A stretch of 64,000 nucleotides of DNA from an uncultured Chloroflexia bacterium (GTDB lineage: Bacteria; Chloroflexota; Anaerolineae; CG2-30-64-16): NCBI GenBank assembly GCA_963774265.1, contig CAVZDU010000009.1:75144-139143 (forward strand), given 5' to 3'. The translations under genes were made by a program, and so were the position numbers. A model generated the notes under the pieces. The model did no database searches and was not told the DNA's origin. It worked only from the letters and a program-made list of their open reading frames with translations. Below are positions 53,215 to 63,655 of the stretch, piece by piece. Positions within the stretch are counted from its first letter, which is position 1. The number at the start of each line of letters is the position of its first letter.

Positions 53215-54793
53215 GGACCTGCGCCCGAAACTCCATCGGCGTCAGGCCCGTGTTCTTGTGGAAAACATGGCTGAAATAGTGCGGGTCTTTGTACCCGACC
53301 TGATAGCCAATCTCGAACGCCTTCAGGGTCGTCGTCCGCAGCAGCTCCTTGGCTTTCTTGATCCTGATTTCAGTCAGGTGCTCTTTGAACGTGTGGCCGG
53401 TCTCCTGGCTGAACAGGGTGCTGAAGTGGGACGCGCTGTGGCTGACCTGGCCGGCGACGTCATTGAGCGACAACTCCGGATCCATGTAGTGGCGCTCCAG
53501 ATACTCCTGGGCCTGCTTGATGATGCCGGCGTATTGATGAGTCACCAGGTTATCTCTGAAGGCCAACGCGGCCGCCAGGATACTGCGGACCCGTTCGCGG
53601 AGCTGTCCGATGGTCGCGATGCCGGCCAGAACGGTCTCGATGTTGCCCAGCTCGGGAACGATCTGATCGACATCTCCTCCCAGCTCGTCCACGAACCTCG
53701 CGGATGCCAGGACGACATCTGTGAAGACATAGCTCTTGGCGACCGGCGACCTGAGCGCCCTCTCGCCCAACGGACGGCTGAAGGTCTCAAAGAAGGTGTC
53801 GAAGCCCTCCGCACCTCCGGACCTCAGATAGTCCTCGACCGCTGATTTGTCCACCTTGAGGAGACTGGCTTCATCGAAACCGTCGCTGGCGCCACCTGCG
53901 CTCTTGCGGCCGCTCGCCGCAGCCTCGAGCCCGTCCGCGGCGTCCAGGAAGGACTGGCAAATCTCGGTAATTCGATTCTGGGGCGTGCCAGACCTGGCAA
54001 TCAGCTCGCACTGGGCGCCTTTCGCCGCTTGCCGCATCCGCTCCAGGAGCAGATCACGCTCTTCGTGGAGGGTCTCCGGTGAGCTGCCCTTCAGCAGCAA
54101 CACCAATTCGTGCAGGCCCTTACGCAGCAGGAAGGCATCCGGGTTGTTTTCCGCGAGGGTAGTGGCGTGCTGCTGGGCGCGCCGGAGCCTGTGGACGTCA
54201 AGTGGCTCTGAGCGGTCGGAGGGCTCGATTCTGATTGCGACGACGAGATAGCACCGGGCAATGAGATCGATGCCCAACAACTGACTCTTCTCGATCGCCT
54301 CCGCCGGCGAAGCCGCGCCGGTCACCAGCCTGAGCAGAAACCGCTCTCTGAGCGCGGCGCGGTTCTCTTCGACCTGGTCCCGCAGCTTCTGCAGTGCCTG
54401 CTGTTCGCCGCGTTCCTGCTCCAGCTCCGAGGCGACCTTCTGGAGGACATGATGCAGGTCCTGCAAGGACACGGGCTTGAGGAGATATTCGAACACCCCG
54501 AGCTTGATGGCCCTTTGGGCATATTCGAACTCATCGTGGCCGCTGAGAATGATGATCTTGGTCGCGGGCAGGCGGTCCCGGACGATCTGGCTGAGTTGCA
54601 GGCCGTCCATGAACGGCATCCTGATATCCGTGATCAGAACATCTGGCTTGGCCGCGTACAGGAGCGGCAGGGCCATCTCGCCGTCCGGGGCTTCACCGCA
54701 GAACTCAAAGCCGCAGGCCTTCCAGTCTACGTTATCCCGGATCCCTTCACGGATCGCGATCTCGTCCTCGACGAAAAAGACCTTGTACGGCAC
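53204..54793 (-). CDS. YesN-type response regulator (REC + AraC)
   Basis: ITDIRMPFMDG; SHFSTLFSQETG...GYKDPHYFS. Confidence 0.92.
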   Translation of the reverse strand: MPYKVFFVEDEIAIREGIRDNVDWKACGFEFCGEAPDGEMALPLLYAAKPDVLITDIRMPFMDGLQLSQIVRDRLPATKIIILSGHDEFEYAQRAIKLGVFEYLLKPVSLQDLHHVLQKVASELEQERGEQQALQKLRDQVEENRAALRERFLLRLVTGAASPAEAIEKSQLLGIDLIARCYLVVAIRIEPSDRSEPLDVHRLRRAQQHATTLAENNPDAFLLRKGLHELVLLLKGSSPETLHEERDLLLERMRQAAKGAQCELIARSGTPQNRITEICQSFLDAADGLEAAASGRKSAGGASDGFDEASLLKVDKSAVEDYLRSGGAEGFDTFFETFSRPLGERALRSPVAKSYVFTDVVLASARFVDELGGDVDQIVPELGNIETVLAGIATIGQLRERVRSILAAALAFRDNLVTHQYAGIIKQAQEYLERHYMDPELSLNDVAGQVSHSASHFSTLFSQETGHTFKEHLTEIRIKKAKELLRTTTLKAFEIGYQVGYKDPHYFSHVFHKNTGLTPMEFRAQVHAV

Positions 54794-54902
54794 AGTGGCT
54801 CCTCTTCGAGCTCGGGCGGGGGCTGCGAAAGGACCGCCAGATTCGTTCCCTTCCAGTATAACCAGATGCCCCCGCCCGTCAATCCGGCGGATTGACATCC
54901 GT

Positions 54903-55937
54903 TCAGCCATTCGGCAACATCACCGCCTTGATCGCCGGCGCGCTCCCGTCAAGAATGGACGCCAGCGTGGGCACCGCATCCGCCATACCAAAGGTGTGCG
55001 TCACGATTTTCGACGCATCCACAAGCCCCTCCTTCAGCAGCCGGTTCGAAATCGGAAAGTTGATGGCCGGCTCCGCGAAGGTAGGCACAAGGGTGATCTT
55101 GCGGAAGATCAAGTCATTGATGTCGATAGGAATTTCGCTCTGGCCGCCCAGGTGAAGCCCCAAAAAGGTGATCAGCCCGCCGTAGCGGACGGCTTTCAGC
55201 GCGTCGAGCATGCTCCTGGGCGGCGATGTGACGATCACCCGGTCCACCCCTTTCGGGAACCGGTGCTTGATCTCCTCCTCCACATCCTGCGGGCCGACCT
55301 CGATGACCATGTCGCAGCCCAGGTCCCGCGCGGCATCCAACCGCGCCTTCTCGCGCGGATTGTTTGCGGCCAGCCCACTGATCGCGACGAAGCCCGCTCC
55401 GCGCAGCCTGGCGAGCCGCGCGGCCATCAGCCCCAGCGGACCAGGCCCCAGCACCAATACCGAGCCCCCCAGGGGAATGTTCGCGTTCAGCACCGCAGTC
55501 AGGGATACGGCCAGCGGCTCGGTCAGGCTTGCCGAGACGTAATCCAGTCCTTCGAACCTGAGGAGCGAGTTGTAGCGCACTGACATGAACTGGCCCATCC
55601 CGGGCTGTCCCTCGATGCTGTACAGGTTGCGGCAAAACTCGGGGTGACCGCTCTTGCAGTCCTCGCAGGTGCCGCACATGCTGACATCTTCGACGATCAC
55701 CCGGTCGCCCGGCGCCACGGTGGTGACGTTCTTGCCCACCTCCATGACCTCCGCGGCGATCTCGTGCCCCAGGGGCACAGCCTCATCGTCCCAGTCCCTG
55801 ACAAAGTTGAGATCGGTGCCACACACCCCACAGGCGTGCACCTTGACGATCACGTGGTCTTCGTCCGGCGGTGCGATCTCGCGTTCGCGCACCTGGACAT
55901 CCAGGTATTTCTTCCCGTATAGCCCTTTGCTGTTCAC
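54903..55937 (-). CDS. Zn-dependent sugar/cyclitol dehydrogenase
   Basis: ACGVCGTD, LGHE, CGTCEDC...C, LGPGPLG. Confidence 0.88.
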   Translation of the reverse strand: MNSKGLYGKKYLDVQVREREIAPPDEDHVIVKVHACGVCGTDLNFVRDWDDEAVPLGHEIAAEVMEVGKNVTTVAPGDRVIVEDVSMCGTCEDCKSGHPEFCRNLYSIEGQPGMGQFMSVRYNSLLRFEGLDYVSASLTEPLAVSLTAVLNANIPLGGSVLVLGPGPLGLMAARLARLRGAGFVAISGLAANNPREKARLDAARDLGCDMVIEVGPQDVEEEIKHRFPKGVDRVIVTSPPRSMLDALKAVRYGGLITFLGLHLGGQSEIPIDINDLIFRKITLVPTFAEPAINFPISNRLLKEGLVDASKIVTHTFGMADAVPTLASILDGSAPAIKAVMLPNG

Positions 55938-55987
55938 GATCGACTCCTTCGCTGCGGCTGGGTCCAGCGCGCGCCGGCGCACCCCGC

Positions 55988-57319
55988 TCACCCTGCGCCG
56001 TAAAGCTTACCGTCTGCGCCCGGATAGATCACGTCATCCACATGGGACATGGCCTGGTCCAGGTTCGCAAAGACCTTGTGGAATGCGTCGATGATCTTGT
56101 TCATCAGCGCCGGACCGTTCGGGGCATGGACGCCATGCACGATGGTGTAAGTGTCGCAGAGCATCCTGGCCACCGGATAATCGTCCACATTGTAGTCGTA
56201 AGTGATGCCCTTTGCCTCGTTGACGGCCCAGGGAAAGCTGGAGCCACCGTAGCCGAGCTTGCTCTGGAAGATGTCCTGGGCGGGCACCGGCATGGTCTGC
56301 CACTGGCCGGCGAGCAACCCTTCCTTGTACAGCGCCTTTTCAACCGCAATGCGGAACCGCCGCGGCGCCACGTCTACTCCGGCCGCCACGGGATCGAAGC
56401 GCACGTTATACATGAAGTACACGTGTCCGCACCCCGGCGGGCAGTACGGCGGGATGACGCCCGGTATCTTCCCGAGCTCGCGACTCAAGGTCTCGGCGTT
56501 GGCAATGCGCACGGCGTTGCGCTCATCCAGGTGCATGAGCTGTCCGCGGGCCAGGGCGGCGGGCAGCTCCTGATTGCGATACATGTAGCCCAGGATGGAG
56601 GCATTGTAGACGCGACGGCGCGAAACCTCGTCGACCTCGTCGCCAAAGCATCGGACGAGGGTGCCCTTCTGGAGGTAGCTCTCATCGTCTGTGATGAAGA
56701 GGCCGCCCTCGCCGCCACACAGGTTCTTGAAGTTGTTCAGGCTGAAAGTGCCGATATCGCCGATCGTCCCGACCTTCTGACCGTTGTAGGTCGCGCCATG
56801 CGCCTGGCAGGCGTCCTCGATGACATACAGGTTGTGCTTTCGCGCAATCGCCATGATCGGGTCCATATCGGCGGATAGCCCCTGGATGTGAACGGGGATG
56901 ATCGCCTTCGTGCGCTCCGTGATCGCTGCTTCCAGCTTGTTGGGATCCATGTTGTAGGTGCGCGGATCAATGTCTACGAACATGGGGATGGCGTTCTGGT
57001 GCAGCGCGCACGAGGCCGAGGCGAGGAACGTGAACGCGGAAGTAATGATCTCGTCTCCCGGCCCCACCCCGACCGCGGCGAGGGCCATGTGCAGGGCCGC
57101 AGTGCCACTGGTGGTTGTCAGGCAGTACTTGGAGCCGGTGTACTGTGCCCAGTCCTTCTCAAACGCTGCGACCTGGGGCGCCGTGCCACCCGCGACAATC
57201 CCGCTGTCCAGCACCTCGTTGATAAACCTGCGGTCATCGTCGGTGATGATCGGCCAGTTGGCATAATCACTGCGTTTCAGGACCGGAGTCCCACCCTCGA
57301 TTGCCAGCTTCTCAGACAT
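55988..57319 (-). CDS. DegT/DnrJ/EryC1/StrS aminotransferase (aminocyclitol-type N-terminus)
   Basis: KLAIEGGTP...WP, SGTAAL, IEDACQAHG, FSLNNFKNL.GGEGG. Confidence 0.9.
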   Translation of the reverse strand: MSEKLAIEGGTPVLKRSDYANWPIITDDDRRFINEVLDSGIVAGGTAPQVAAFEKDWAQYTGSKYCLTTTSGTAALHMALAAVGVGPGDEIITSAFTFLASASCALHQNAIPMFVDIDPRTYNMDPNKLEAAITERTKAIIPVHIQGLSADMDPIMAIARKHNLYVIEDACQAHGATYNGQKVGTIGDIGTFSLNNFKNLCGGEGGLFITDDESYLQKGTLVRCFGDEVDEVSRRRVYNASILGYMYRNQELPAALARGQLMHLDERNAVRIANAETLSRELGKIPGVIPPYCPPGCGHVYFMYNVRFDPVAAGVDVAPRRFRIAVEKALYKEGLLAGQWQTMPVPAQDIFQSKLGYGGSSFPWAVNEAKGITYDYNVDDYPVARMLCDTYTIVHGVHAPNGPALMNKIIDAFHKVFANLDQAMSHVDDVIYPGADGKLYGAG

Positions 57320-57439
57320 GCCTCTCTCCTTTTGGGGATGGATTGGACGTCCATCCGGACTTACCATAGCCTTTCCGTTTTGTCAATCGGTCCGACGATA
57401 CATCGGCGCCGACGATACCTCGGCTGGTCCAAAAATGTC

Positions 57440-57488
57440 TTGACAGCGGCCTGGTTACTTGATATACTTTCTTTCAGTCAGGAAAGAA
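57440..57488 (+). promoter_or_regulatory. Promoter with ROK-type operator
   Basis: TTGACA-17-TATACT followed by TTCTTTC-N6-GAAAGAA. Confidence 0.7.
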
Positions 57489-57535
57489 CTCCCCTGACCC
57501 GCCAGCTGCTGAACATCCCTGCCGTGGACGTACAG

Positions 57536-58753
57536 GTGAGCACCAACGACGTAGGCCACACCGGTGACTCCACTCTCTTGCGCAAGGTAAACGAGTCGGC
57601 TGTTCTCGAGCTGATCCGCGAGAATGGGCCGTTGACCCGCGCAGAGCTCGCGCGTGGCTTGAACCTCAGTCTCCCCACGATCACCCGCATCGTCTCTGGC
57701 TTCTTCGAAAGCGGCCTGGTGCACGAGCTGCGCCTGGCCACCTCACGCGGTGGGCGCAGGCCCACCCTCCTGGAGTTCAACTACCGTGCCAATCTCATCA
57801 TCGGCGTCTATGTTGGCCGGGAGATGCTTGGCGCGTTGGTCGATTTGCGCGGCGAGATCCTGGAGCGGCGCTCTTTACCCTCTGCGCCAGGCGATCTGGG
57901 CATTCAGCGACTGGCAGAACTGATCGATGATCTTCGTCGCGCGGCTGATCGCATCGGCACGCCGGTGCGCGGGGTCGGCGTGGGAGTTCCGTCGATTATC
58001 GACTATCAGAGCGGGGTTGTTCACTTCGCTCCCGGCCTCGACTGGGTTGCACTGCCCCTGCGGGCGCGGTTGGCTGAGCTCATAGACCTGCCCATCATTA
58101 TCGAGAACTCGGTCCGGTTGTTGGCGCTCGGCGAGCGTTGGCAGGGCGCTGGACGTGGCATCGACAATCTCGCGTGCATGGCGCTCGGCGCCGGGATCGG
58201 CGCAGGCATCATCCTGGAGGGCCAGCTCTATCGCGGCGCCCAACAAGCCGCCGGCGAGATGGGCTACATGGTGCCCAATGAGCGCTTCCTCGGCACGAGC
58301 TACGCAACATACGGCTGCCTGGAGAGTCTGGCAGGGAGCGATGGCATCGTGCAGCGGACGATGGCGCGTCTGGCCGCCGGTCACCCGTCATGCCTCGCCG
58401 CAGAAGCAAGCACCAACGGTGCACGTTTGACTGCGGAGCGAGTCCTGACCGCCGCACGCGCGAACGATCCCCTGGCCAAGGTCATCGTCCAGGAAACAGT
58501 CGACTATCTCAGCACCGCCATCCTGAACCTGACATGCATTCTCAATCCCGAGCGCGTCATCATCACCGGGGACCTGGCGGAATTCGGCGACCTGTTCCTG
58601 GAGCCGATCCGCTGCCGCATCCGGGGCATGATCCCGAAAATACCGGACCTGGTCATCTCAGACCTGAAGACTGATGCTGCAGTGCTGGGCGCCGTCGCCA
58701 TCGTCCTGCGGGAAACCAGCGGCGCCGTCGTCATACACCCGTCGCGCGCCTGA
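57536..58753 (+). CDS. ROK-family transcriptional regulator
   Basis: N-terminal HTH (LTRAELA...LSLPTITRIV), SRGGRRP, GIGAGII...AGEMGY, GCLESLA. Confidence 0.9.
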   Translation: MSTNDVGHTGDSTLLRKVNESAVLELIRENGPLTRAELARGLNLSLPTITRIVSGFFESGLVHELRLATSRGGRRPTLLEFNYRANLIIGVYVGREMLGALVDLRGEILERRSLPSAPGDLGIQRLAELIDDLRRAADRIGTPVRGVGVGVPSIIDYQSGVVHFAPGLDWVALPLRARLAELIDLPIIIENSVRLLALGERWQGAGRGIDNLACMALGAGIGAGIILEGQLYRGAQQAAGEMGYMVPNERFLGTSYATYGCLESLAGSDGIVQRTMARLAAGHPSCLAAEASTNGARLTAERVLTAARANDPLAKVIVQETVDYLSTAILNLTCILNPERVIITGDLAEFGDLFLEPIRCRIRGMIPKIPDLVISDLKTDAAVLGAVAIVLRETSGAVVIHPSRA

Positions 58754-58787
58754 GGCTCGCGCTACCCGCAAGAACATAGGGAGGAGC

Positions 58788-59615
58788 ATGGGAAATCAAC
58801 CTGTCATCACCGTCGAGAACGCCGTCAAAATCTTCGAAAGCGCCCGCGGGCCGGTGCAGGCGTTGGACGGGTTTAGCATGTATGTCAACCAGGGCGAGTT
58901 CGTCTCGATCGTCGGCCCATCCGGCTGCGGCAAAAGCACGCTGCTCTGGGCCATGGCCGCGCTTTGGCCGTTGAACGGCGGCAGCATCAAGATCAACGAC
59001 AAAGAAGTGACCGGCCCGCGACGCGAAGTCGGCATGGTCTTTCAGAGCGCCAACCTCCTGCCCTGGCGCAACCTGATGCAGAACATCTACTTCCCGTTCG
59101 AAATCATGCACGACGACCCCAAAAAAGCCCAAACGCGCATCGATGAGCTGATCAAGCTGACGAACCTGACCGGGTTCGAGCGCCACTTTCCAGGGGAGCT
59201 CTCCGGAGGCATGCAGCAGCGCGCATCCATCGTGCGCGCCCTCTCCTATGACCCGGATGTGCTGTTGATGGACGAGCCGTTCGGCGCGCTCGATGCGTTC
59301 ACCCGTGATGAGATGAACGTCATGCTGCTGGACATCTGGATGCGGTCCGGCAAGACCATCGCCTTCGTCACACACCAGATTCCAGAGGCGGTCTTCCTCT
59401 CCGACCGGGTCTATGTGATGACCCCGCGGCCGGGCCGCAACTCCAAGGTCTACACGATCGACCTGCCGAGACCGAGGCCCCTCTCCATCACCACCGAGCG
59501 CCGCTTCTTCGACATTGTCGCCGAGATCAAGCGCACGATCTATGAGGATGTCCAGCACGTCGCCGAGGCCGGTGACTACGAAATTGATCGCTTCTCGCGG
59601 GTCAGCGGCAGCTAA
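58788..59615 (+). CDS. NitT/TauT-family ABC ATP-binding protein
   Basis: GPSGCGKST, LLPWR, LSGGMQQR, DEPFGALD. Confidence 0.92.
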   Translation: MGNQPVITVENAVKIFESARGPVQALDGFSMYVNQGEFVSIVGPSGCGKSTLLWAMAALWPLNGGSIKINDKEVTGPRREVGMVFQSANLLPWRNLMQNIYFPFEIMHDDPKKAQTRIDELIKLTNLTGFERHFPGELSGGMQQRASIVRALSYDPDVLLMDEPFGALDAFTRDEMNVMLLDIWMRSGKTIAFVTHQIPEAVFLSDRVYVMTPRPGRNSKVYTIDLPRPRPLSITTERRFFDIVAEIKRTIYEDVQHVAEAGDYEIDRFSRVSGS

Positions 59616-59646
59616 GCGCGACCCGCCTGCCATCAGGAGACAGACA

Positions 59647-60459
59647 GTGGCACAGGATAAGGTAACCCTCAAGGAAGAACGGTTCATGGATTGGTCGGCT
59701 TTGACTTCCGTACGGTTTGCAGGCCGGGATACCCTGATCATTGTCGGCGTGGCAGTGGCGGTCATTGGCGGCCTGGAGCTGATTATCCGGGCCTTCCAGA
59801 TCCCGACCTACGTGCTGCCCAAACCCAGCGAGATTGCGGCGGCGCTGGTCAGCGGTTTCCCCGTTCTTTGGCCGCACCTGCTGCTGACCCTGGAGGAGCT
59901 TGTGATCGGCTACCTGATCGGCGCCAGCATCGGGATCGTGCTCGCTGCGCTCGTGACACAGGTGCCGTCGATTGAAAAGATCATCACCCCCTACATTCTC
60001 ATCCTGGTCACGACGCCCATGATCGCATTGGTGCCGCTGCTGATGCTGAAACTCGGCTTCGGTTCGAGCCCGCGCATCATCGCGACCGCGTTGGCGGTGG
60101 GTCCGATGGTGATGATCAACGCGTCCACCGGCTTCCGCCGGACGGATGCGGCCAAGATCGCCCTGGCCCGGTCGTATGGCGCCACGACCCTGCAGATTTT
60201 CACGAAGGTCCGCTTCCCCATCGCCCTGCCGATGATCATCGTCGGGCTGATGGTGGGCGGCATCTTCGGCCTGTTGACCTGCGTCGGCGCGGAAATGGTC
60301 GGCGGCGGCGCCGGCCTCGGCACCCGGCTGCAGTACTACTCGGCCCTGGCCCGCATGCCCAGCTTTTTCGCCGTCATCATCATCGTGGCTGCCATCGGCG
60401 TCAGCTTATACGTCCTGTTCTATTTCGTCGGGAAGAAGTGGGCGAGCTGGGAAGCGTAG
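59647..60459 (+). CDS. NitT/TauT-family ABC permease
   Basis: YVLPKPS, TPMIALVPL, KVRFPIALP. Confidence 0.88.
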   Translation: MAQDKVTLKEERFMDWSALTSVRFAGRDTLIIVGVAVAVIGGLELIIRAFQIPTYVLPKPSEIAAALVSGFPVLWPHLLLTLEELVIGYLIGASIGIVLAALVTQVPSIEKIITPYILILVTTPMIALVPLLMLKLGFGSSPRIIATALAVGPMVMINASTGFRRTDAAKIALARSYGATTLQIFTKVRFPIALPMIIVGLMVGGIFGLLTCVGAEMVGGGAGLGTRLQYYSALARMPSFFAVIIIVAAIGVSLYVLFYFVGKKWASWEA

Positions 60460-60600
60460 GCCGGCTCCATCCCGCCCACTGGCGCGACCGGCCCCGCGAC
60501 AAGGACCGGATCGGCTGAGGGGAGGTGATTCGCACAAACCAACCGCGCGACTCGACTTGTAGTTAAGCCAATGCCAGGTCTATCCAAAGGAGGAACACTC

Positions 60601-61740
60601 GTGGATCGCAATATCAAACCACAGATCACCCGTCGCCAGTTCCTGGTTGGGACGTTGGGCGTGGCCTCAATGGCTGCGGCCAATGGCATCCTGGTCAGCT
60701 GTGCGCCGGCGCCGGCAGCAAAAGCCCCGGATAAAGTCATCTGGGTGACGCCTCGCGGCACGTTGGACGTGATGGACGACTACAACATGTGGGTCTCCCA
60801 GAAGCTGGGCTACTTCAAGGATGCTAACCTGACGGTTGAGCTCCAGGGTGGCCCATCCGACGGGTCCGGCCACAAGCTCGTCGCCGAGGGAACCGCGGAC
60901 GTAGGCTACCCCTCGCCCGGTGTGCTCCTCTCCGGCATCGACGCCGGCATGCCCATCATCATGGCGTGGGAAATGATGATGAAGCAGGTGTTCGATTTCG
61001 CCCTGCCCGAAAACTCCCCGATCACCAAGGTCCAGGACCTGGCCGGCAAGACCATCGCGCTGGGCAGCGAGGGGTGGATCCCCATCGTTGACCCGATCCT
61101 GGTGGAGGCCGGCGTCGATCCAAAGAGCGTGAAGTACGTCAACTTCGGCTTTGCGCAGTGGGGCCAGGCCATAGCACTCGGCCAGGCCGACGCTGGCCTG
61201 GCCTGGCGCGGCCTGCAGACGGAGTGGGGCGCGGCGGGCATGAAGCTGAAGTTCCTGGTGGGCAAGACCTTCTCCAAGCACCCGGCGAACGGGTATATCA
61301 TCAAGAGAGCTGATCTCAAGGATCCCGCCCGCCGGGACATCATGAATCGGTTCTTCAAGGCCGTGGCCATGGGCCTGCATTTCGGCCGGACCAACCCGCA
61401 GGCGGCCTGCCAGATCACCTACGAGGCGCTGCCGGCCGTGCAAGAGAAGTTCAAGGACCCGCAGGTGGCGCTGGATTCGATGTGGGAGCTGGGCGGCAAC
61501 TACTTCGACGGCGACAAGCTGGGCAAGGGGTACGGCTACAGCGACGTGGATAACTGGAACGCGTATATCGACACCATCTTCAAGCTGGGCCAGATCAAGA
61601 CCCGCCCCAAGACGGAGGACGTGGTCACGAACGATTTCATCGCGGACGCCAACAAGTTCGACAAGGCGAAAGTCGAGAAAGACGCCAAGGGCTACGCGGT
61701 CGGCGACAAATTCAAGAACCTGGTCGTGCACGAGACGTAA
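60601..61740 (+). CDS. NMT1/THI5-like substrate-binding protein with Tat signal and lipobox
   Basis: ITRRQFL, LVSC, GYFKDANL.V, DLAGKTI. Confidence 0.85.
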   Translation: MDRNIKPQITRRQFLVGTLGVASMAAANGILVSCAPAPAAKAPDKVIWVTPRGTLDVMDDYNMWVSQKLGYFKDANLTVELQGGPSDGSGHKLVAEGTADVGYPSPGVLLSGIDAGMPIIMAWEMMMKQVFDFALPENSPITKVQDLAGKTIALGSEGWIPIVDPILVEAGVDPKSVKYVNFGFAQWGQAIALGQADAGLAWRGLQTEWGAAGMKLKFLVGKTFSKHPANGYIIKRADLKDPARRDIMNRFFKAVAMGLHFGRTNPQAACQITYEALPAVQEKFKDPQVALDSMWELGGNYFDGDKLGKGYGYSDVDNWNAYIDTIFKLGQIKTRPKTEDVVTNDFIADANKFDKAKVEKDAKGYAVGDKFKNLVVHET

Positions 61741-61806
61741 GAGAGGGTTGCCTGGTCGGGGCAGGACGGATGCGCTCCGCCTGCCCCTTCTTGAAAGGAG
61801 GACGCA

Positions 61807-62612
61807 GTGCAGAACATACTCGCGGGTCACACCAATAGCTACCACACCTACACCCTGGATGACGCCCTGGAAGGGATCGCCAAGGCCGGTTTCAAATACG
61901 TCGAGCTGACCGCGGTGCGCGGCTGGACCGAGCACATCCCGTTGGAGGCGACCCCGCAGGACATCGCAGAGATCAAGGCGAAGCTGTCCAGGTGGGGGCT
62001 CGACCGCGTCGGCGCTCAGCGGCCATTCCGACCTGACAACGGCCGAAGGGGTCGTTGACGGCAAGAAGGCGGTCGACCTCTGTGTTCAATTCGGTCTGAA
62101 CTTTGATGAATACCGCTGTGGGCGGCCATTACAGCGAGGACGAAAACAAAGACGCATTCATGGCGAATATCCATGACCTCGCCGACTACGCCGCGGCGCG
62201 CGGCATAGCCATCGCGCTCGAAGTTCACGGGGACATTATGGCAACCGGCCAGATTTCGATCCCCTTGATTCGCGAGATCGATCGCGAAAACGTCGGCATC
62301 AACTATGACACCGCCAATTGTGTGTTCTACGGCGGGGTCGAGGCGGTGGACGACATCCGTCCCGTGGTTCCTTACCTTAAACACGTACACCTCAAGGACA
62401 CGCGCGGCGGCCTCAAGGTGTGGGACTTCCCCGCGGTGGGCGAGGGACACGTCGACTTCGCCGGCGTGCTGAAGATCCTGGCCGAGGAGAACTACACAGC
62501 GCCGTTCAGCGTGGAGATAGAGTTCACCGGGCTGCCCTGGCCGCCCGTGGAAGAGGTGCACCGATCCATGAAGGTGTCCTATGCGACACTCAGTGGCTTG
62601 GGCCTCAAATAG
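61807..62612 (+). CDS. Sugar phosphate isomerase/epimerase (IolE/AP-endo2 TIM barrel), frameshifted
   Basis: AGFKYVEL, ALEVHG, NYDTAN, HVHLKD, GEGHVDF, SVEIE. Confidence 0.85.
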
Positions 62613-62636
62613 CCCGCACCGCGCGAGGAGGATCAC

Positions 62637-63638
62637 ATGCTCAGAGTTGCCGTGCTCGGCGCCGGGTTTATGGGCGGCACGCATGTGCGCGGCTTTGCGG
62701 CCGCTCCAGGAGTCCAGGTCGTCGGCGTTTTCGGGCGCACGCTTGAAAAGACGCAGGCGCTGGCACAAGAAGTCGGCGCGCGCGCGGTCTCGGATCCCAT
62801 GACGCTCATCCAGGACCCGGCGGTCGATGCTATCAGCATCACGCTGCCGACGCATCTGCACAAACAATACACCATCCTGGCACTTGAAGCGGGCAAGCCC
62901 GTCTTCGTCGAGAAACCGATGGCCTTGTCCGTGGCGGACTGCGACGAGATGATCGCCGTGTCACAGCGCACGGGCAAGCTGCTGATGGTGGCGCACGTCC
63001 TGCGTTTCTGGCCCGATTATGTCACCCTCAAGAAGTTCCTGGACAGCGGCGAGATCGGACAACCGTTGTCGGCCGTGGCCACCCGGCTGGCAGAACTGCC
63101 CGCCTGGTCCGAATGGTTCAGCCACCCCGAATGGACGGGCGGTGAGGTGCTGGACCTGCACATCCACGACCTGGACACGCTCAACTGGCTGTTCGGCAAA
63201 CCACAAAGCGTCTACTCCCTGGGCCAGCGCAGCGGCCGCGGCGGCTGGGATCATGCGCTCAGCCTGGTGGACTACGGCAATGTCAAGGCATTTGCTGAGG
63301 GCAGCGCCATCATGCCCGCCGGCTACCCCTTCACGATGACCCTCTGGGTTACCTGCCAACAGGGCACTGTGGAGTTCACCTTCCGCGCCGGCGGCGAACA
63401 GGTCGACTCGCGTGACTCGGCAGCCACGAATCTCGTCGTTCATAAGCCGGGCGGCGAGGAGGTCTTCCTCCAGCCGGAGCCGGGTGATGGCTACGCCAAC
63501 GAGTGCGCCGAGTTTGCCCACTGCGTCATTGAGGGCCGCACGCCGGTCGACGGCACGATGGAACAGGGCCGGCTGGCCGTGCAGACCGCGCTCGCGGCGC
63601 GCACCTCCATCGAGAGCGGGCGTGTGATCACGCTCTGA
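62637..63638 (+). CDS. Gfo/Idh/MocA-family oxidoreductase
   Basis: LGAGFMG, VFVEKPMA, DLHIHDLD. Confidence 0.92.
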   Translation: MLRVAVLGAGFMGGTHVRGFAAAPGVQVVGVFGRTLEKTQALAQEVGARAVSDPMTLIQDPAVDAISITLPTHLHKQYTILALEAGKPVFVEKPMALSVADCDEMIAVSQRTGKLLMVAHVLRFWPDYVTLKKFLDSGEIGQPLSAVATRLAELPAWSEWFSHPEWTGGEVLDLHIHDLDTLNWLFGKPQSVYSLGQRSGRGGWDHALSLVDYGNVKAFAEGSAIMPAGYPFTMTLWVTCQQGTVEFTFRAGGEQVDSRDSAATNLVVHKPGGEEVFLQPEPGDGYANECAEFAHCVIEGRTPVDGTMEQGRLAVQTALAARTSIESGRVITL

Positions 63639-63655
63639 AGGAAGGAAGACTGCTC

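Noticed and set aside
704-62612. Programmed frameshifting or mass pseudogenisation
   Set aside because: Breaks hit housekeeping genes (gpmA, secG, pruA) at arbitrary positions without slippery motifs; consistent with sequencing indels.
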